From positions 1 through 57,958 of the forward strand of contig JAEWHN010000384.1 of NCBI GenBank assembly GCA_023387775.1: a DNA stretch of 57,958 nucleotides. The letters run 5' to 3'. Made by a program: the position numbers and the translations under genes. Positions within the stretch are counted from its first letter, which is position 1, and every line of letters begins with the position of its first letter. This DNA comes from Pseudomonadota bacterium (lineage in GTDB: Bacteria; Pseudomonadota; Alphaproteobacteria; Rhizobiales; Rhizobiaceae). The notes beneath the pieces were generated by a model, which was not told the DNA's origin, did not search any database, and worked only from the letters and a program-made list of their open reading frames with translations. Shown here in pieces: positions 46,114-55,316 of the stretch.

Positions 46114-46164
46114 TATTCCATCATGGTAAAAATCAAGATTGCATTTTCTTACCAACACGGTAAT
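46114..46164. promoter_or_regulatory. Two operator sites in front of the early operon leading to xis/int
   Basis: TATTCCATCATGGTAAA (46114-30) and CTTACCAACACGGTAAT (46148-64), same consensus as 45219-95. Confidence 0.8.
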
Positions 46165-46213
46165 CTTCGGACCTGAGAACAGCCTTTCGGCACCCAGGAG
46201 GGAGAAGACCAAC

Positions 46214-46306
46214 ATGCTTCGGGCATTGCTGTTTGAATTGCCGGCCTTCCTTGCGATGGCCACGTTTCTGGTCGCGGCCGCGGCTTACCTAGGAGGCCCG
46301 CTATGA
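46214..46306 (+). CDS. Small hydrophobic protein (30 aa)
   Basis: Strong AGGAGGGAG RBS; MLRALLFELPAFLAMATFLVAAAAYLGGPL; ATGA overlap with the next gene. Confidence 0.6.
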   Translation: MLRALLFELPAFLAMATFLVAAAAYLGGPL

Positions 46307-46548
46307 ACAGCCGCTTCCGCTCCGCTCACCCCGTGGAACGCCGCAAAAATCCCGGCTTCGAGGCCTGCGGCAGCTGGCCGGAGTGCAATTGCCGCAGCGA
46401 ATGCGAGGTTCTGCGCATCGTGCGCCGGCGCACCCGCCGCACCTGGTCTTGGAAAAGCCTGCTCATGCCTCTCGGGGTCGTCGCGCTCAATCTGAGCGCG
46501 GTAGCAGCCGTCGCTGCCGTGGCCACCCTCTATCTCGGGGGCATGTGA
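46303..46548 (+). CDS. Hypothetical protein with Cys cluster and C-terminal TM
   Basis: AGGAGG RBS; CGSWPECNCRSEC. Confidence 0.6.
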   Translation: MNSRFRSAHPVERRKNPGFEACGSWPECNCRSECEVLRIVRRRTRRTWSWKSLLMPLGVVALNLSAVAAVAAVATLYLGGM

Positions 46549-46982
46549 TGTCAGATCGCATCGGCGAACTCCTCGACGCAAACAACCGCTACCTCGACGA
46601 GGCAAGGGCGGCACGGCGCAAGCTTGCAATCCTCGCATCCATCATGCCCGACGCCGAATATGTCCTCTCGCCGGCATGGGTGGACCATTTCCGCCAGTGG
46701 AACATTGCCACATTCGGCCCCGGCACGCGCACGCGCGGCACGCTCGACCATTTGCGCAAGGAGATGCGCGAGATCGAGGCCAAGCCGGACGATCCGGACG
46801 AGTGGTGCGACATCATCCTGCTGGGCCTGAACGGGCTCATACGGCTCGGTCTCGACGGCCGACAGGCGCTTGAGCGGCTTAAGGCCAAGCAGGCCAGGAA
46901 CGAGGAGCGCCGCTGGCCAGACTGGCGCAGCGCCGATCCGGACAAGGCAATCGAACACGTCAAGCGCGAGGATGCGAAATGA
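46548..46982 (+). CDS. DUF550-like (dATP/dGTP pyrophosphohydrolase-type) protein
   Basis: TFGPG, LDHLRKEMREI, EWCDIILL and RRWPDWR...AIEHVK motifs. Confidence 0.8.
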   Translation: MSDRIGELLDANNRYLDEARAARRKLAILASIMPDAEYVLSPAWVDHFRQWNIATFGPGTRTRGTLDHLRKEMREIEAKPDDPDEWCDIILLGLNGLIRLGLDGRQALERLKAKQARNEERRWPDWRSADPDKAIEHVKREDAK

Positions 46983-47128
46983 CCACGTTCCGCATCCACT
47001 TCGCCCAAGGCGAGCCGCTCGAAATCCAGGCCGAGACCGCAGGCAAGGCTCGCGAGACGGCGAAAGCGGCCAGGCCAGGCGCCCACATCCGCAAGATCAA
47101 GGTTTTGAAGGAGGCTGGCCGTGGCTGA
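46979..47128 (+). CDS. Small hypothetical protein (49 aa)
   Basis: MTTFRIHFAQGEPLEIQAETAGKARE...; fills the gap with overlaps at both ends. Confidence 0.6.
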   Translation: MTTFRIHFAQGEPLEIQAETAGKARETAKAARPGAHIRKIKVLKEAGRG

Positions 47129-48047
47129 GCACTCCAGCATCGAATGGACAGACGCCACCTGGAACCCGATCACCGGCTGTTCCGTCGTCTCGCCCGGCTG
47201 CACCAGCTGCTACGCCATGAAGCTGGCCGGCACACGCCTGAAGCACATTCCGAGCCGCGCCGGCCTCACGACCGACAGCAAGGCCGGCCCCGTCTGGAAT
47301 GGCGAGGTACGCCTGAACAGCGAATGGCTAGCCCAGCCGCTGCGCTGGAAGCGCCCGCGCAGGATCTTCGTCTGCGCCCATGGCGACCTGTTCCATAAAT
47401 CGGTCCCCGATGAATGGATCGACCGCGTCTTCGCCGTCATGGCGCTGGCACCGCAGCACACCTTTCAGGTGCTGACCAAGCGCGCCGCTCGGATGCGGGC
47501 CTATTGTTCCGATCCGCAGCGTCGAAACACGATCGAGCTCGCCGCCGAGGCGCTTCAGCCGAGCGTCTGCAAACCGTGGTCTCCGAAGCACTGCTTCCGC
47601 TGGCCCCTCCCCAACACCTGGCTTGGCGTCTCGGCCGAAGATCAGCAACGCGCCGAAGAGCGCATCCCCGAGCTGCTCGCCATCCCGGCCGCTGTCCGCT
47701 TCGTATCCGCAGAGCCCCTGCTCGGGCCAATTGATTTCTATAAAGCCAGCGCAGTCATGCCTGTAGAACGACACCCATGGAGAAATGGGCCAATCCTTCA
47801 GGGGATCGACTGGGTCATCGTCGGCGGCGAGAGCGGTCGAGGCGCGCGCCCCATGCGGCCGGAATGGGCCGAGAGCCTTCGCGACCAATGCGCCGCCGCC
47901 GGTGTGGCATTCTTCTTCAAGCAGTGGGGCTCGCACAGGCTGACTTCGGATTGCAACGGCCGCTACATGATCCCGGCCTCAAAGAAGGAAGCCGGCCGCC
48001 TTCTCGGCGGCATCGAGCACAACGGCATGCCCGAGGTGCGGCCATGA
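47121..48047 (+). CDS. DUF5131 / phage Gp37-Gp68 family protein
   Basis: IEWTDATWNPITGCSVVSPGCTSCYA, QVLTKR, SAEPLLG, GGESG and FFFKQWG motifs. Confidence 0.92.
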   Translation: MAEHSSIEWTDATWNPITGCSVVSPGCTSCYAMKLAGTRLKHIPSRAGLTTDSKAGPVWNGEVRLNSEWLAQPLRWKRPRRIFVCAHGDLFHKSVPDEWIDRVFAVMALAPQHTFQVLTKRAARMRAYCSDPQRRNTIELAAEALQPSVCKPWSPKHCFRWPLPNTWLGVSAEDQQRAEERIPELLAIPAAVRFVSAEPLLGPIDFYKASAVMPVERHPWRNGPILQGIDWVIVGGESGRGARPMRPEWAESLRDQCAAAGVAFFFKQWGSHRLTSDCNGRYMIPASKKEAGRLLGGIEHNGMPEVRP

Positions 48048-48472
48048 TCGCTACACCGCAGCTCCCAACCTTGGCTCTTTCAATCATGCAGCCGTGGGCT
48101 TGGCTGATCGTCAACGGCCACAAGGACATTGAGAACCGCGACTGGCCAACTCGTTATCGCGGGCTGGTCGCCATCCATGCCGGCAAGAAGTTGGACGAGT
48201 CGCCGGCTATTGCACTTGATCGGGCGTATCACCCTGTTTCAGGGCGGCGCGTCCGCTTCGCAGAAGACGGGCAGCAATACGAGCGCGGCGGCATCGTCGG
48301 TGTGGCCGAGATCGTTGATTGCGTAGATCGCAGCGACAGCGAATGGTTCGTCGGCCGCTACGGCTTCGTGATCCGCAATGCGCGGCCAGTGCCGTTCATC
48401 CCGGTGAAAGGCGCGCTCGGCTTTTTCGATTGGCGCAAGAACCTGGATGCAAGGCCGGAGCAGCCCCAGTGA
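48044..48472 (+). CDS. ASCH domain protein
   Basis: ALSIMQPWAWLIVNGHKDIENRDW...IHAGK. Confidence 0.9.
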   Translation: MIATPQLPTLALSIMQPWAWLIVNGHKDIENRDWPTRYRGLVAIHAGKKLDESPAIALDRAYHPVSGRRVRFAEDGQQYERGGIVGVAEIVDCVDRSDSEWFVGRYGFVIRNARPVPFIPVKGALGFFDWRKNLDARPEQPQ

Positions 48473-48765
48473 TCGAGCGCCACGACGGACGCCAGCAGAT
48501 CGTCTGCGACAGCTGCCCGGCCTCCTACCCCAACACCTATGCCGACGAGGATTTCGCCGTCATGGTCGCCGATGCCAGGACGGCAGGCTGGTCAATCCGC
48601 CCTGCCCCGCTCGCCGCCGGAAAGGCCGCCACGGCCGACCTGTTCGCCGCGCCCGCGGCGCCGCGCATCGCCGGCAAACCCAAGCCCCAGCGCTTCACCC
48701 ACACCTGCCCGAGCTGCCGCAACCAGGCCCCGCACAGACGGGAGGACGCGCCGTGGCTTTGCTGA
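48469..48765 (+). CDS. Hypothetical protein with two CxxC motifs
   Basis: GTGA overlap; CDSC...HTCPSC. Confidence 0.6.
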   Translation: MIERHDGRQQIVCDSCPASYPNTYADEDFAVMVADARTAGWSIRPAPLAAGKAATADLFAAPAAPRIAGKPKPQRFTHTCPSCRNQAPHRREDAPWLC

Positions 48766-49058
48766 CGCCTGCCGAGGCTGCGGCCGAACTTGGCATCGGC
48801 GAAGACACGCTGCGCGCCCTGCGCAAGGCCCGGCAGATCCCGTACATCAATGTGGGGCTTGGTGCGAAGCGCGAGACGCCGCGCTATGATCTTGCGGATC
48901 TACTGGAGTGGAAAGAACGAAGAAAGAGGTTCGCCCCATGTCCGTCTTCATCAGAAAAGAAGCCCCGAACGCCGTCTACTCCTACGACTTCCAGCTACAG
49001 GGTCGTCGATTTTCAGGCTCGACGGAAAGAACGACTCGGCGCGAAGCGGAGCAAGTAG
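48753..49058 (+). CDS. xis: Excisionase-like HTH protein
   Basis: GGGAGG RBS; LLTPAEAAAELGIGEDTLRALRK...RYDLADLLEW; overlaps the integrase start. Confidence 0.8.
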   Translation: MALLTPAEAAAELGIGEDTLRALRKARQIPYINVGLGAKRETPRYDLADLLEWKERRKRFAPCPSSSEKKPRTPSTPTTSSYRVVDFQARRKERLGAKRSK

Positions 49059-50086
49059 AAAAGACCAAGCGCGCCGAAGCCCTCGCACAGCTCGAGGAGG
49101 AACGGGCCTTTTCCGACCCCAACATGACCATCGAGGTGGCAGCCAGCCGCTACTGGGCAGAGGTCGGTCAGCATCACACGAACTGGGAAACCACCGAATG
49201 GTCGATGGCGTGGCTGGTCAGCCACTTTGGCAGGTCGACGCGCCTGCGCGACATCGACGACGACAAGATCGCCATGATGGTGGCGAAGCGCCGTGGCGAG
49301 TTCATCCCCCGGCGCAAGAAGCCGCAGCGCGTCGGGCCCGTCGCCGTCAACCGCTCGGTGACCCAGCCGCTGCGCGAGGTCATGATCCGCGCCCGCGACA
49401 TGTGGGGCGTGGCCGTGCCGAAAATCCGGTGGCGGGACCACCTGCTGCCCGAGCCGCAGGAGCGCGTGCGCGAGGCCAGCGTCGGCGAGGAAGGCGCGAT
49501 CATGGAGCAGCTGGAGCGTGGCTACGAGGAGGCGATCAAATTCGCGTTCCTGTCCGGCTGCCGGCGCATGGAGATCGTCGGCCTGGTCTGGTCGCGGGTC
49601 GACTTCTTCGGCCGGCAGTTCACCGTCATCGGCAAGCGCGGAAAGTCCCGCGTGATCCCGATGTCGCCAGCGCTGTTCGATCTGCTTTGGCGCCAGCAGA
49701 ACCACCATCCCGAGCAGGTGTTCACCTACGTCGCCAAGCGCACCGTGCGCCGGGGCCAGGAGGTGATCTGCCGCGGTGCGCGCTACCCGATCACCGAGAG
49801 CGGCCTGAAGACCGCCATGCGGCGGGCCGTGCCGAAGGCCGGCGTCACCAACTTCCGCTTCCACGACACCCGCCACACCACGGCCACGCGCGTGCTGCGC
49901 AAGAGCAATCTGCGCGTGGTGCAGGAGCTGCTCGGCCACAGCGACGTCGCCACCACCACGCGCTACGCGCACGCGCTAAAGGAGGACGTGCGTGCAGCGC
50001 TCGCTGCAGCGAGTCCCACGGAAAGTCCCACGGAAGACACCGCAGGTACGGATAACCAATTGAAAGATTTGGGAAAGTCCGGCTGA
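48938..50086 (+). CDS. int: Tyrosine recombinase / integrase
   Basis: SGCRRMEI, GKRGK, FHDTRHT and LLGHSDVATTTRYAH catalytic motifs; ends 10 bp before attR. Confidence 0.96.
   Translation: MSVFIRKEAPNAVYSYDFQLQGRRFSGSTERTTRREAEQVEKTKRAEALAQLEEERAFSDPNMTIEVAASRYWAEVGQHHTNWETTEWSMAWLVSHFGRSTRLRDIDDDKIAMMVAKRRGEFIPRRKKPQRVGPVAVNRSVTQPLREVMIRARDMWGVAVPKIRWRDHLLPEPQERVREASVGEEGAIMEQLERGYEEAIKFAFLSGCRRMEIVGLVWSRVDFFGRQFTVIGKRGKSRVIPMSPALFDLLWRQQNHHPEQVFTYVAKRTVRRGQEVICRGARYPITESGLKTAMRRAVPKAGVTNFRFHDTRHTTATRVLRKSNLRVVQELLGHSDVATTTRYAHALKEDVRAALAAASPTESPTEDTAGTDNQLKDLGKSG
50012..50034 (+). repeat. Putative integrase arm-type sites, inside the int 3' end
   Basis: Identical to 6714..6736. Confidence 0.8.
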
Positions 50087-50096
50087 GGCACCTTTT

Positions 50097-50140
50097 CCCC
50101 CAGTCAAGTGCGCTACCGGGCTGCGCTACACTCCGAACCG
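50097..50140. repeat. attR core; displaced 5' half of tRNA-Pro
   Basis: Identical to 6568..6611; contains tRNA 5' end to anticodon loop only. Confidence 0.96.
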
Positions 50141-50444
50141 GGGGAAGCCATATATATTCAAAGGTGGGGGCGCAAGCGCTATTTCGAGGCTGCCGGGCAG
50201 AAGCCGATCATTTCCGGTGAAATGCCGCAAATCCCGACAAACTGCGCCGTGAAAAGACCTTCTGTTTTGATGGAGTGAGCTGTGGACAAGTCCGATCCGC
50301 ATCCGAATCCAAGCGAAAGGTCATGCGGCGCTCGAATCTCCAGTCCCGGCAAGTTGAATCACTCGCGCGCGAATTGGCGGTGGGGAGGCCTGTAAAATGC
50401 CTGGCGAGATTCCGACAATCCGTCCGCGCACAACCGCATGCTGC

Positions 50445-50479
50445 AAATAAAAGGCCCGCATCGGCGAACCGACGCGGGC
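50445..50479 (-). terminator. Rho-independent terminator
   Basis: Minus strand GCCCGCGTCGG-TTCG-CCGATGCGGGC followed by CTTTTATTT. Confidence 0.75.
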
Positions 50480-50814
50480 AATTTCCCCTTGGTGAAGATA
50501 GGAATGAGACTTACTACCACCCGGACAGGCTAGAACCTTTCGATATTCTTGTCAGGTCAGGAAAAACCGCAATGTTTCTGCTCAACATCCGCAATGAGCC
50601 TCTTGCGGGTAACGCATCAACATAACTCGAAAGAGACACTACACTGCCGACATCGCATCGACGGGGGACCTCCGGCTCGACGACTTCGGTTGCCCCCCTT
50701 TCACCCACGCTGGGAGGGCGGCGTGAGGTGACTTCGTTTGCAAAGATCGGAAGGAGTTGTGTTTCATAGCCTGTTGTGAAAATCTTTGCTGGCGTGCAAA
50801 CAGGAGACTTCAAC

Positions 50815-51072
50815 ATGTCGATTATCGGTTGGATCATCCTCGGCCTGATCGCCGGCTTCCTGGCTAGCAAAATCGTCAACAATACTGGTCAGGGCATGCT
50901 GATGGACATCGTCCTCGGCGTCATCGGCGCAGTTGTCGGCGGCCTTATCTTCAACTTCTTCGGCGCAAGCGGTGTCACAGGGGTGAACGTTTACAGCCTC
51001 ATCGTCGCCGTTATTGGCGCCATTGTCGTGCTTTGGCTCTATCATGCACTGGCAGGGCGCAGCGGCGCATAG
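50815..51072 (+). CDS. GlsB/YeaQ/YmgE family membrane protein
   Basis: IIGWIILGLIAGFLASKIV...DIVLGVIGAVVGG...AVIGAIVVL; AGGAG RBS. Confidence 0.92.
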   Translation: MSIIGWIILGLIAGFLASKIVNNTGQGMLMDIVLGVIGAVVGGLIFNFFGASGVTGVNVYSLIVAVIGAIVVLWLYHALAGRSGA

Positions 51073-51165
51073 CAGACGGCGGCAAGGCACGATTTTCGCG
51101 CCTGCAAATCTCAAAACTGCGGGCCGCCTCGCGTTGAAGGCGAAACGGCCCGGACCTCTGCGGTC

Positions 51166-51657
51166 TCAGGCGGCGTTGGAGCCCGCCTCCTTGTCCAGAA
51201 CAAGATAGTCGAGCGGTAATTGCGTCGTGTACTTGATCTGCTCCATGGCAAATGCCGACGACACGTCACGGATCTCGATCCTGGCGATAAGCCTTTTGTA
51301 GAAGGCGTCGTAGGCGGCAATGTCGGGCACCACGACCCGCAACAGGTAGTCCACATCGCCGCTCATGCGATAGAACTCGATCACCTCCGGAAACTCCTGG
51401 ATGACTTCCGAGAAGCGGCGCAGCCATTCGTGGCTGTGCGAGTTGGTGCGGATCGACACGAAGACATTGACCCGCGTGTTGACCTTTTCAGGGTCAAGTA
51501 TGGCCACCCGGCGCTTGATGACGCCCTCTTCCTCCAGCTTCTGGATGCGGCGCCAGCACGGGGTTGTGGAGAGCCCCACCTTCTTGGCGATGTCGGCCAC
51601 GGCCAGGGTCGCGTCTTCCTGGAGAAGACGAAGAATTTTGCGGTCAAGGCGATCCAT
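51166..51657 (-). CDS. Lrp/AsnC family transcriptional regulator
   Basis: MDRLDRKILRLLQED...VGLSTTPCWRRIQKLEEEGVI; MSGDVDYLLRV. Confidence 0.95.
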   Translation of the reverse strand: MDRLDRKILRLLQEDATLAVADIAKKVGLSTTPCWRRIQKLEEEGVIKRRVAILDPEKVNTRVNVFVSIRTNSHSHEWLRRFSEVIQEFPEVIEFYRMSGDVDYLLRVVVPDIAAYDAFYKRLIARIEIRDVSSAFAMEQIKYTTQLPLDYLVLDKEAGSNAA

Positions 51658-51742
51658 GATGGCTCCAAAGGAAAAAATATTCTCGCATCATCGCGACAGA
51701 AGCCCCGTTTCGCAAGAAAGGAATTCTCCGGCTCGGGCAATT

Positions 51743-52387
51743 CTAGGCAACGCCATTGCCCGCTTTACCGAGCAGGCGATGGCGGATTTCCGATTTCAAG
51801 AACGGCAGCAAATCGGTTTCAAACCAGGGATTCCTCTTCAGCCACGCCGAATTACGCCAGGAGGGATGCGGCAAAGGTATGACGCGGGGCGCCGCAGAAG
51901 CATCATAGACCGCGCGCCAGTTCATGACGGTCTGGCCAAGGGTTGCGGCCCGCGCGGTGCCGATGTGCCAGGCTTGCGCGTGTAGACCGACCGCGAGCAC
52001 AAGCTCTATCTGCGGCATCTGTTCGATCAGCGGTTTGCGCCACTGCGGCGCGCATTCGCGGCGCGGCGGCAGGTCGCCACCCTTGGCATCATTGCCGGGA
52101 AAGCAGAAACCCATGGGCACGATGGCGAAATTTCCGGGTTCGTAGAACTCGGCTCGATCGACGCCTAGCCAGTCGCGCAGGCGATCACCGGAGGGATCGT
52201 CGAATGGAATGCCGCTGGCATGCACCCGGACGCCCGGCGCCTGGCCGGCGATGAGAATACGCGCTGTCGTGGACGGCACCACCACCGGTCGAGGTTCATG
52301 CGGCAGAGGCCGGCCGCGCGGCGTTTCCACACAGATGCGGCAGGAGCGGATTTGCGCGGTCAATCGATCCAGTTCGAACTCGGGCAT
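51743..52387 (-). CDS. Uracil-DNA glycosylase family protein
   Basis: CRIC, GQAPG, PFDDPSGDRLRDWLG and LPHPSWRN motifs. Confidence 0.9.
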   Translation of the reverse strand: MPEFELDRLTAQIRSCRICVETPRGRPLPHEPRPVVVPSTTARILIAGQAPGVRVHASGIPFDDPSGDRLRDWLGVDRAEFYEPGNFAIVPMGFCFPGNDAKGGDLPPRRECAPQWRKPLIEQMPQIELVLAVGLHAQAWHIGTARAATLGQTVMNWRAVYDASAAPRVIPLPHPSWRNSAWLKRNPWFETDLLPFLKSEIRHRLLGKAGNGVA

Positions 52388-52391
52388 GGGC

Positions 52392-53003
52392 TTATGCGCC
52401 GGCACTCGGGCGGCTGGAAAGGGCCCGGTGCCAGCGAATGACATTGCCCATTTCCTCGGGCACCTGAATGCTCGCGGGCTTCATGAAGTCGATCGCGATC
52501 AGGCCGGTGATGTCGGCGATGGAAAACTCGTCCCCGGCGGCGAATTCACGGCTGGAAAGCTCGTCGTCGAGGATGGCCAGAAACTCGACGGCCTTCGCCT
52601 TGTTGGCCTCGCCCCATGCAGGAACCTGCGGCACCTCCCACGCCTTCATCGCCGGGTGCAGATGGCGGAATGCAGCCGCCACCGGCGCAAACAGGTTGAA
52701 CTCCATGCGCCGCTGCCACATCTCCACCAGAGCCTTGCCGAGCGCGCCGCGCCCGAACAGCGCCGGCTCTGGATGAAGCTCTTCGAAATAGCGGCAGATC
52801 GCGACAGACTCGGTCAGGATCGTGCCGTCGTCTAGTTCAAGAACCGGCAGGCGCTGCAAAGGATTGCGCGACGTGATCGGCGCGCCCTTGTGCTCCAAGC
52901 CGGCCATGTCGACCGACACAAGCGGCACCTCGATGCCCTTTTCAGCCAGGAATACGCGAACCCGGCGCGGATTGGGCGCGCGCCCGCCATCGAACAGCCT
53001 CAC
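52392..53003 (-). CDS. Glutathione S-transferase
   Basis: GTG start; APNPRRVRVFLAEKG, NPLQRLPVLELDDG..LTESVAICRY and FSIADIT motifs. Confidence 0.92.
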   Translation of the reverse strand: MRLFDGGRAPNPRRVRVFLAEKGIEVPLVSVDMAGLEHKGAPITSRNPLQRLPVLELDDGTILTESVAICRYFEELHPEPALFGRGALGKALVEMWQRRMEFNLFAPVAAAFRHLHPAMKAWEVPQVPAWGEANKAKAVEFLAILDDELSSREFAAGDEFSIADITGLIAIDFMKPASIQVPEEMGNVIRWHRALSSRPSAGA

Positions 53004-53047
53004 ATCGTTCTCCCCTTGAAATGGATGGACCGCACTGTAGCACTGCG

Positions 53048-53668
53048 TCACGGAATTCGCAGAAATTCTCGCAGCCAGCGGAAGCCGGCGATTTCGCCGC
53101 CATGGTGGTCTTCGGACACTCCGCTGTGCTTGTCGCGCCAATCCCGCGGGCGTTCGAAAGTGCCGGACCACATGCCGCGACGGGCTTCCCGCGCCACCCG
53201 TTCGGCGTCGTCATAGCGGCCATAGGCGACGGCCCAGCCTGCCTCGACAAGCGCGCGGTTGAGCTCGACGCCGCCCGCCCTGCATACCGCCAGGAGCCGG
53301 CCGTAGCGGTCGTGCTCGCCTCCCTCGCAAACCACTCGCTGTTCGTCGACGAGTTCGACAAGTACATCCCGCGCCTGGTGGCCACAGGCATAGTCATCGC
53401 CGTCGAGCTGGCACAGCTGTGCATATTCCGGAGCATCGATGCCGGCCAGGCGAATTCGCTCGCCGGCCAGCGTGACGGTATCGCCGTCATGAACGACGAC
53501 TTTGCCCTCGGCCTGATGCAGGGTCAGTTGTTCGACGCGAGCCACCACCAATGCAAGCATTCCGAGAATGGCGAACGTCAAGCCGATGTCGAACACAAAC
53601 CGCAAGGGGCGACGGCGCGGCGAAGAAAAACCTCTGGAACGCGGCCGATACCGCGACAATCCAATCAT
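53048..53668 (-). CDS. Thermonuclease (SNase) family protein
   Basis: DGDT, IRLAGIDAPE and DRYGRLLA motifs. Confidence 0.92.
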   Translation of the reverse strand: MIGLSRYRPRSRGFSSPRRRPLRFVFDIGLTFAILGMLALVVARVEQLTLHQAEGKVVVHDGDTVTLAGERIRLAGIDAPEYAQLCQLDGDDYACGHQARDVLVELVDEQRVVCEGGEHDRYGRLLAVCRAGGVELNRALVEAGWAVAYGRYDDAERVAREARRGMWSGTFERPRDWRDKHSGVSEDHHGGEIAGFRWLREFLRIP

Positions 53669-53744
53669 ATGGCAAACAGTCTCTTAATCATTCCGGCGTA
53701 GCTTGGTTCCTGAACCGGTTGCTCGCATAAGTTGAACACTTTCA

Positions 53745-55271
53745 ATGGCGTTGCTGCGCTCTGACATCGCCGACAAATTCATTGTGGACCGCACCAAGCG
53801 GCGCCGCAACAGCGACGTCGCGCGGGCAGTGCGCAGGACGAGAGATCGCCTGGCGCAACGTCCGGGCGCCCTCGCCTTCGATCGCGAAATGCTGAAGCTG
53901 CACGCCCACGCAATGACCAGCAGCGCCACAGCAATTCCCCTGCTGGTTCTGGTGATAGCGGTTGCCGGGCTTTTTGCCGGCATGCGCGGCGACATTCTGG
54001 TCTGGGCGCTGCTGACCGTGACCAGCTATGCCGGCCTCGCCTACATAGCGCATCGGGTCGGCACGGCCGATATTTCAAAGCTCGACGCCAACAGCACCAA
54101 GCAAAGGCTGCTGTTCTGGCATTTCGTCAGCGGCCTGGGTTGGGTCTATTTCGCCTCCATGGGCTGCGGCGAATGCCGTGTCGACCAGTTCCCGATCATC
54201 AAGGCGGTGGTTCTGCTGCTGGCGATGGCCGCCACTGCACTGATCGCCTCCTCGCTGCGCGGCGCATTGCTGGTCACCTTCACCTTGCCGGTGGCCGCCT
54301 ATGCCATGGCCAGCATGCAGGGCTGGACGCCGGTCGAGCTCATCATGATCGGCCTTCTGGCGCTGTCGCTGCCCTTCTTCGACTATGTGGCGACCCGCCT
54401 CAACCGTTCTTCGGTGATGCTGCTTTCCTTCCGGTCCGAGAAGGATGGGCTGATCGCCGAGCTTGAAACCGCCAAGTCGATGTCCGACGAGGCGCGCCGG
54501 CGCGCAGAGGAGGCCAATCTGGCCAAGTCGCGCTTCCTCGCTTCAATGAGCCACGAGCTGCGTACGCCTCTCAATGCCATCCTTGGCTTTTCGGAGGTGA
54601 TGTCGAGCGAGGTTCTGGGGCCGATGGAGAACCCGACCTACCGCGACTACGCGCGTGACGTGCACGATTCCGGCCAGCACCTGCTCGACCTGATCAACGA
54701 GATCCTCGACCTGTCCCGCATAGAGGCCGGCCGTTATCAGCTTCACGAGGAGCCGGTGCAGCTTCTGCATGTGGTGGAGGAGTGCTGCCACCTGATGGAA
54801 CTGAAGGCGCACAACAAGGACCTGCGCATCGTGCAGCAGTTCGAGCCGGATCTGCCGCGTCTCCATGCCGACGAGCGTGCCGTGCGCCAAATCACGCTGA
54901 ACCTGCTGTCGAATGCGGTGAAATTCGCCCCGCCCGGAAGCGATATCCTGGTGCGCCTGGGCTGGACGGCCGGCGGCGGGCAATATGTTTCGATCAAGGA
55001 CAACGGACCGGGCATCCCGCCCGAAGAGATCCCGGTGGTTCTTTCGGCTTTCGGCCAAGGCTCCATCGCCATCAAGAGCGCAGAACAGGGCACTGGGCTC
55101 GGGCTGCCCATCGTGCAGGGGCTGATCGAAATGCACGGAGGCGAATTCCAGCTGCACTCCAAGCTTCGCGAGGGCACGGAGGCTATCGCCATCTTCCCGC
55201 TCTCGCGGGTCATGGAAGTGCTGCCCGCCCTGCCTACCAAGAGCGTCGCAATGGGCGGACGCCGGCGCTAG
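53745..55271 (+). CDS. Membrane sensor histidine kinase with PleC/DivJ-like HisKA box
   Basis: TM region; FLASMSHELRTPLNAILGFSE, NLLSNAVKF, DNGPGI and GTGLGL motifs. Confidence 0.92.
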   Translation: MALLRSDIADKFIVDRTKRRRNSDVARAVRRTRDRLAQRPGALAFDREMLKLHAHAMTSSATAIPLLVLVIAVAGLFAGMRGDILVWALLTVTSYAGLAYIAHRVGTADISKLDANSTKQRLLFWHFVSGLGWVYFASMGCGECRVDQFPIIKAVVLLLAMAATALIASSLRGALLVTFTLPVAAYAMASMQGWTPVELIMIGLLALSLPFFDYVATRLNRSSVMLLSFRSEKDGLIAELETAKSMSDEARRRAEEANLAKSRFLASMSHELRTPLNAILGFSEVMSSEVLGPMENPTYRDYARDVHDSGQHLLDLINEILDLSRIEAGRYQLHEEPVQLLHVVEECCHLMELKAHNKDLRIVQQFEPDLPRLHADERAVRQITLNLLSNAVKFAPPGSDILVRLGWTAGGGQYVSIKDNGPGIPPEEIPVVLSAFGQGSIAIKSAEQGTGLGLPIVQGLIEMHGGEFQLHSKLREGTEAIAIFPLSRVMEVLPALPTKSVAMGGRRR

Positions 55272-55316
55272 GCGCGCTTTTGCACGCTCGGCCGCTCGGG
55301 CCGCCCGCGGGCGGCG

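Noticed and set aside
45773..46263. Minus-strand ORFs downstream of cI as immunity or defence genes
   Set aside because: No clear RBS or motifs; one overlaps the operator sites; cannot be supported from sequence alone
48790..50055. 421-aa alternative-frame ORF over the integrase
   Set aside because: Arg/Gly/Ala-rich off-frame product of GC-biased codons; catalytic residues lie in the 48938..50086 frame
50097..50135. Second tRNA-Pro gene
   Set aside because: Only the 5' half is present; no T-arm or 3' acceptor strand; it is the attR remnant
50749..50776. EcfG promoter before the GlsB/YeaQ gene
   Set aside because: GGAAG...TGTT deviates from GGAAC-N16/17-CGTT in both boxes and spacing; plausible biologically but too weak to call
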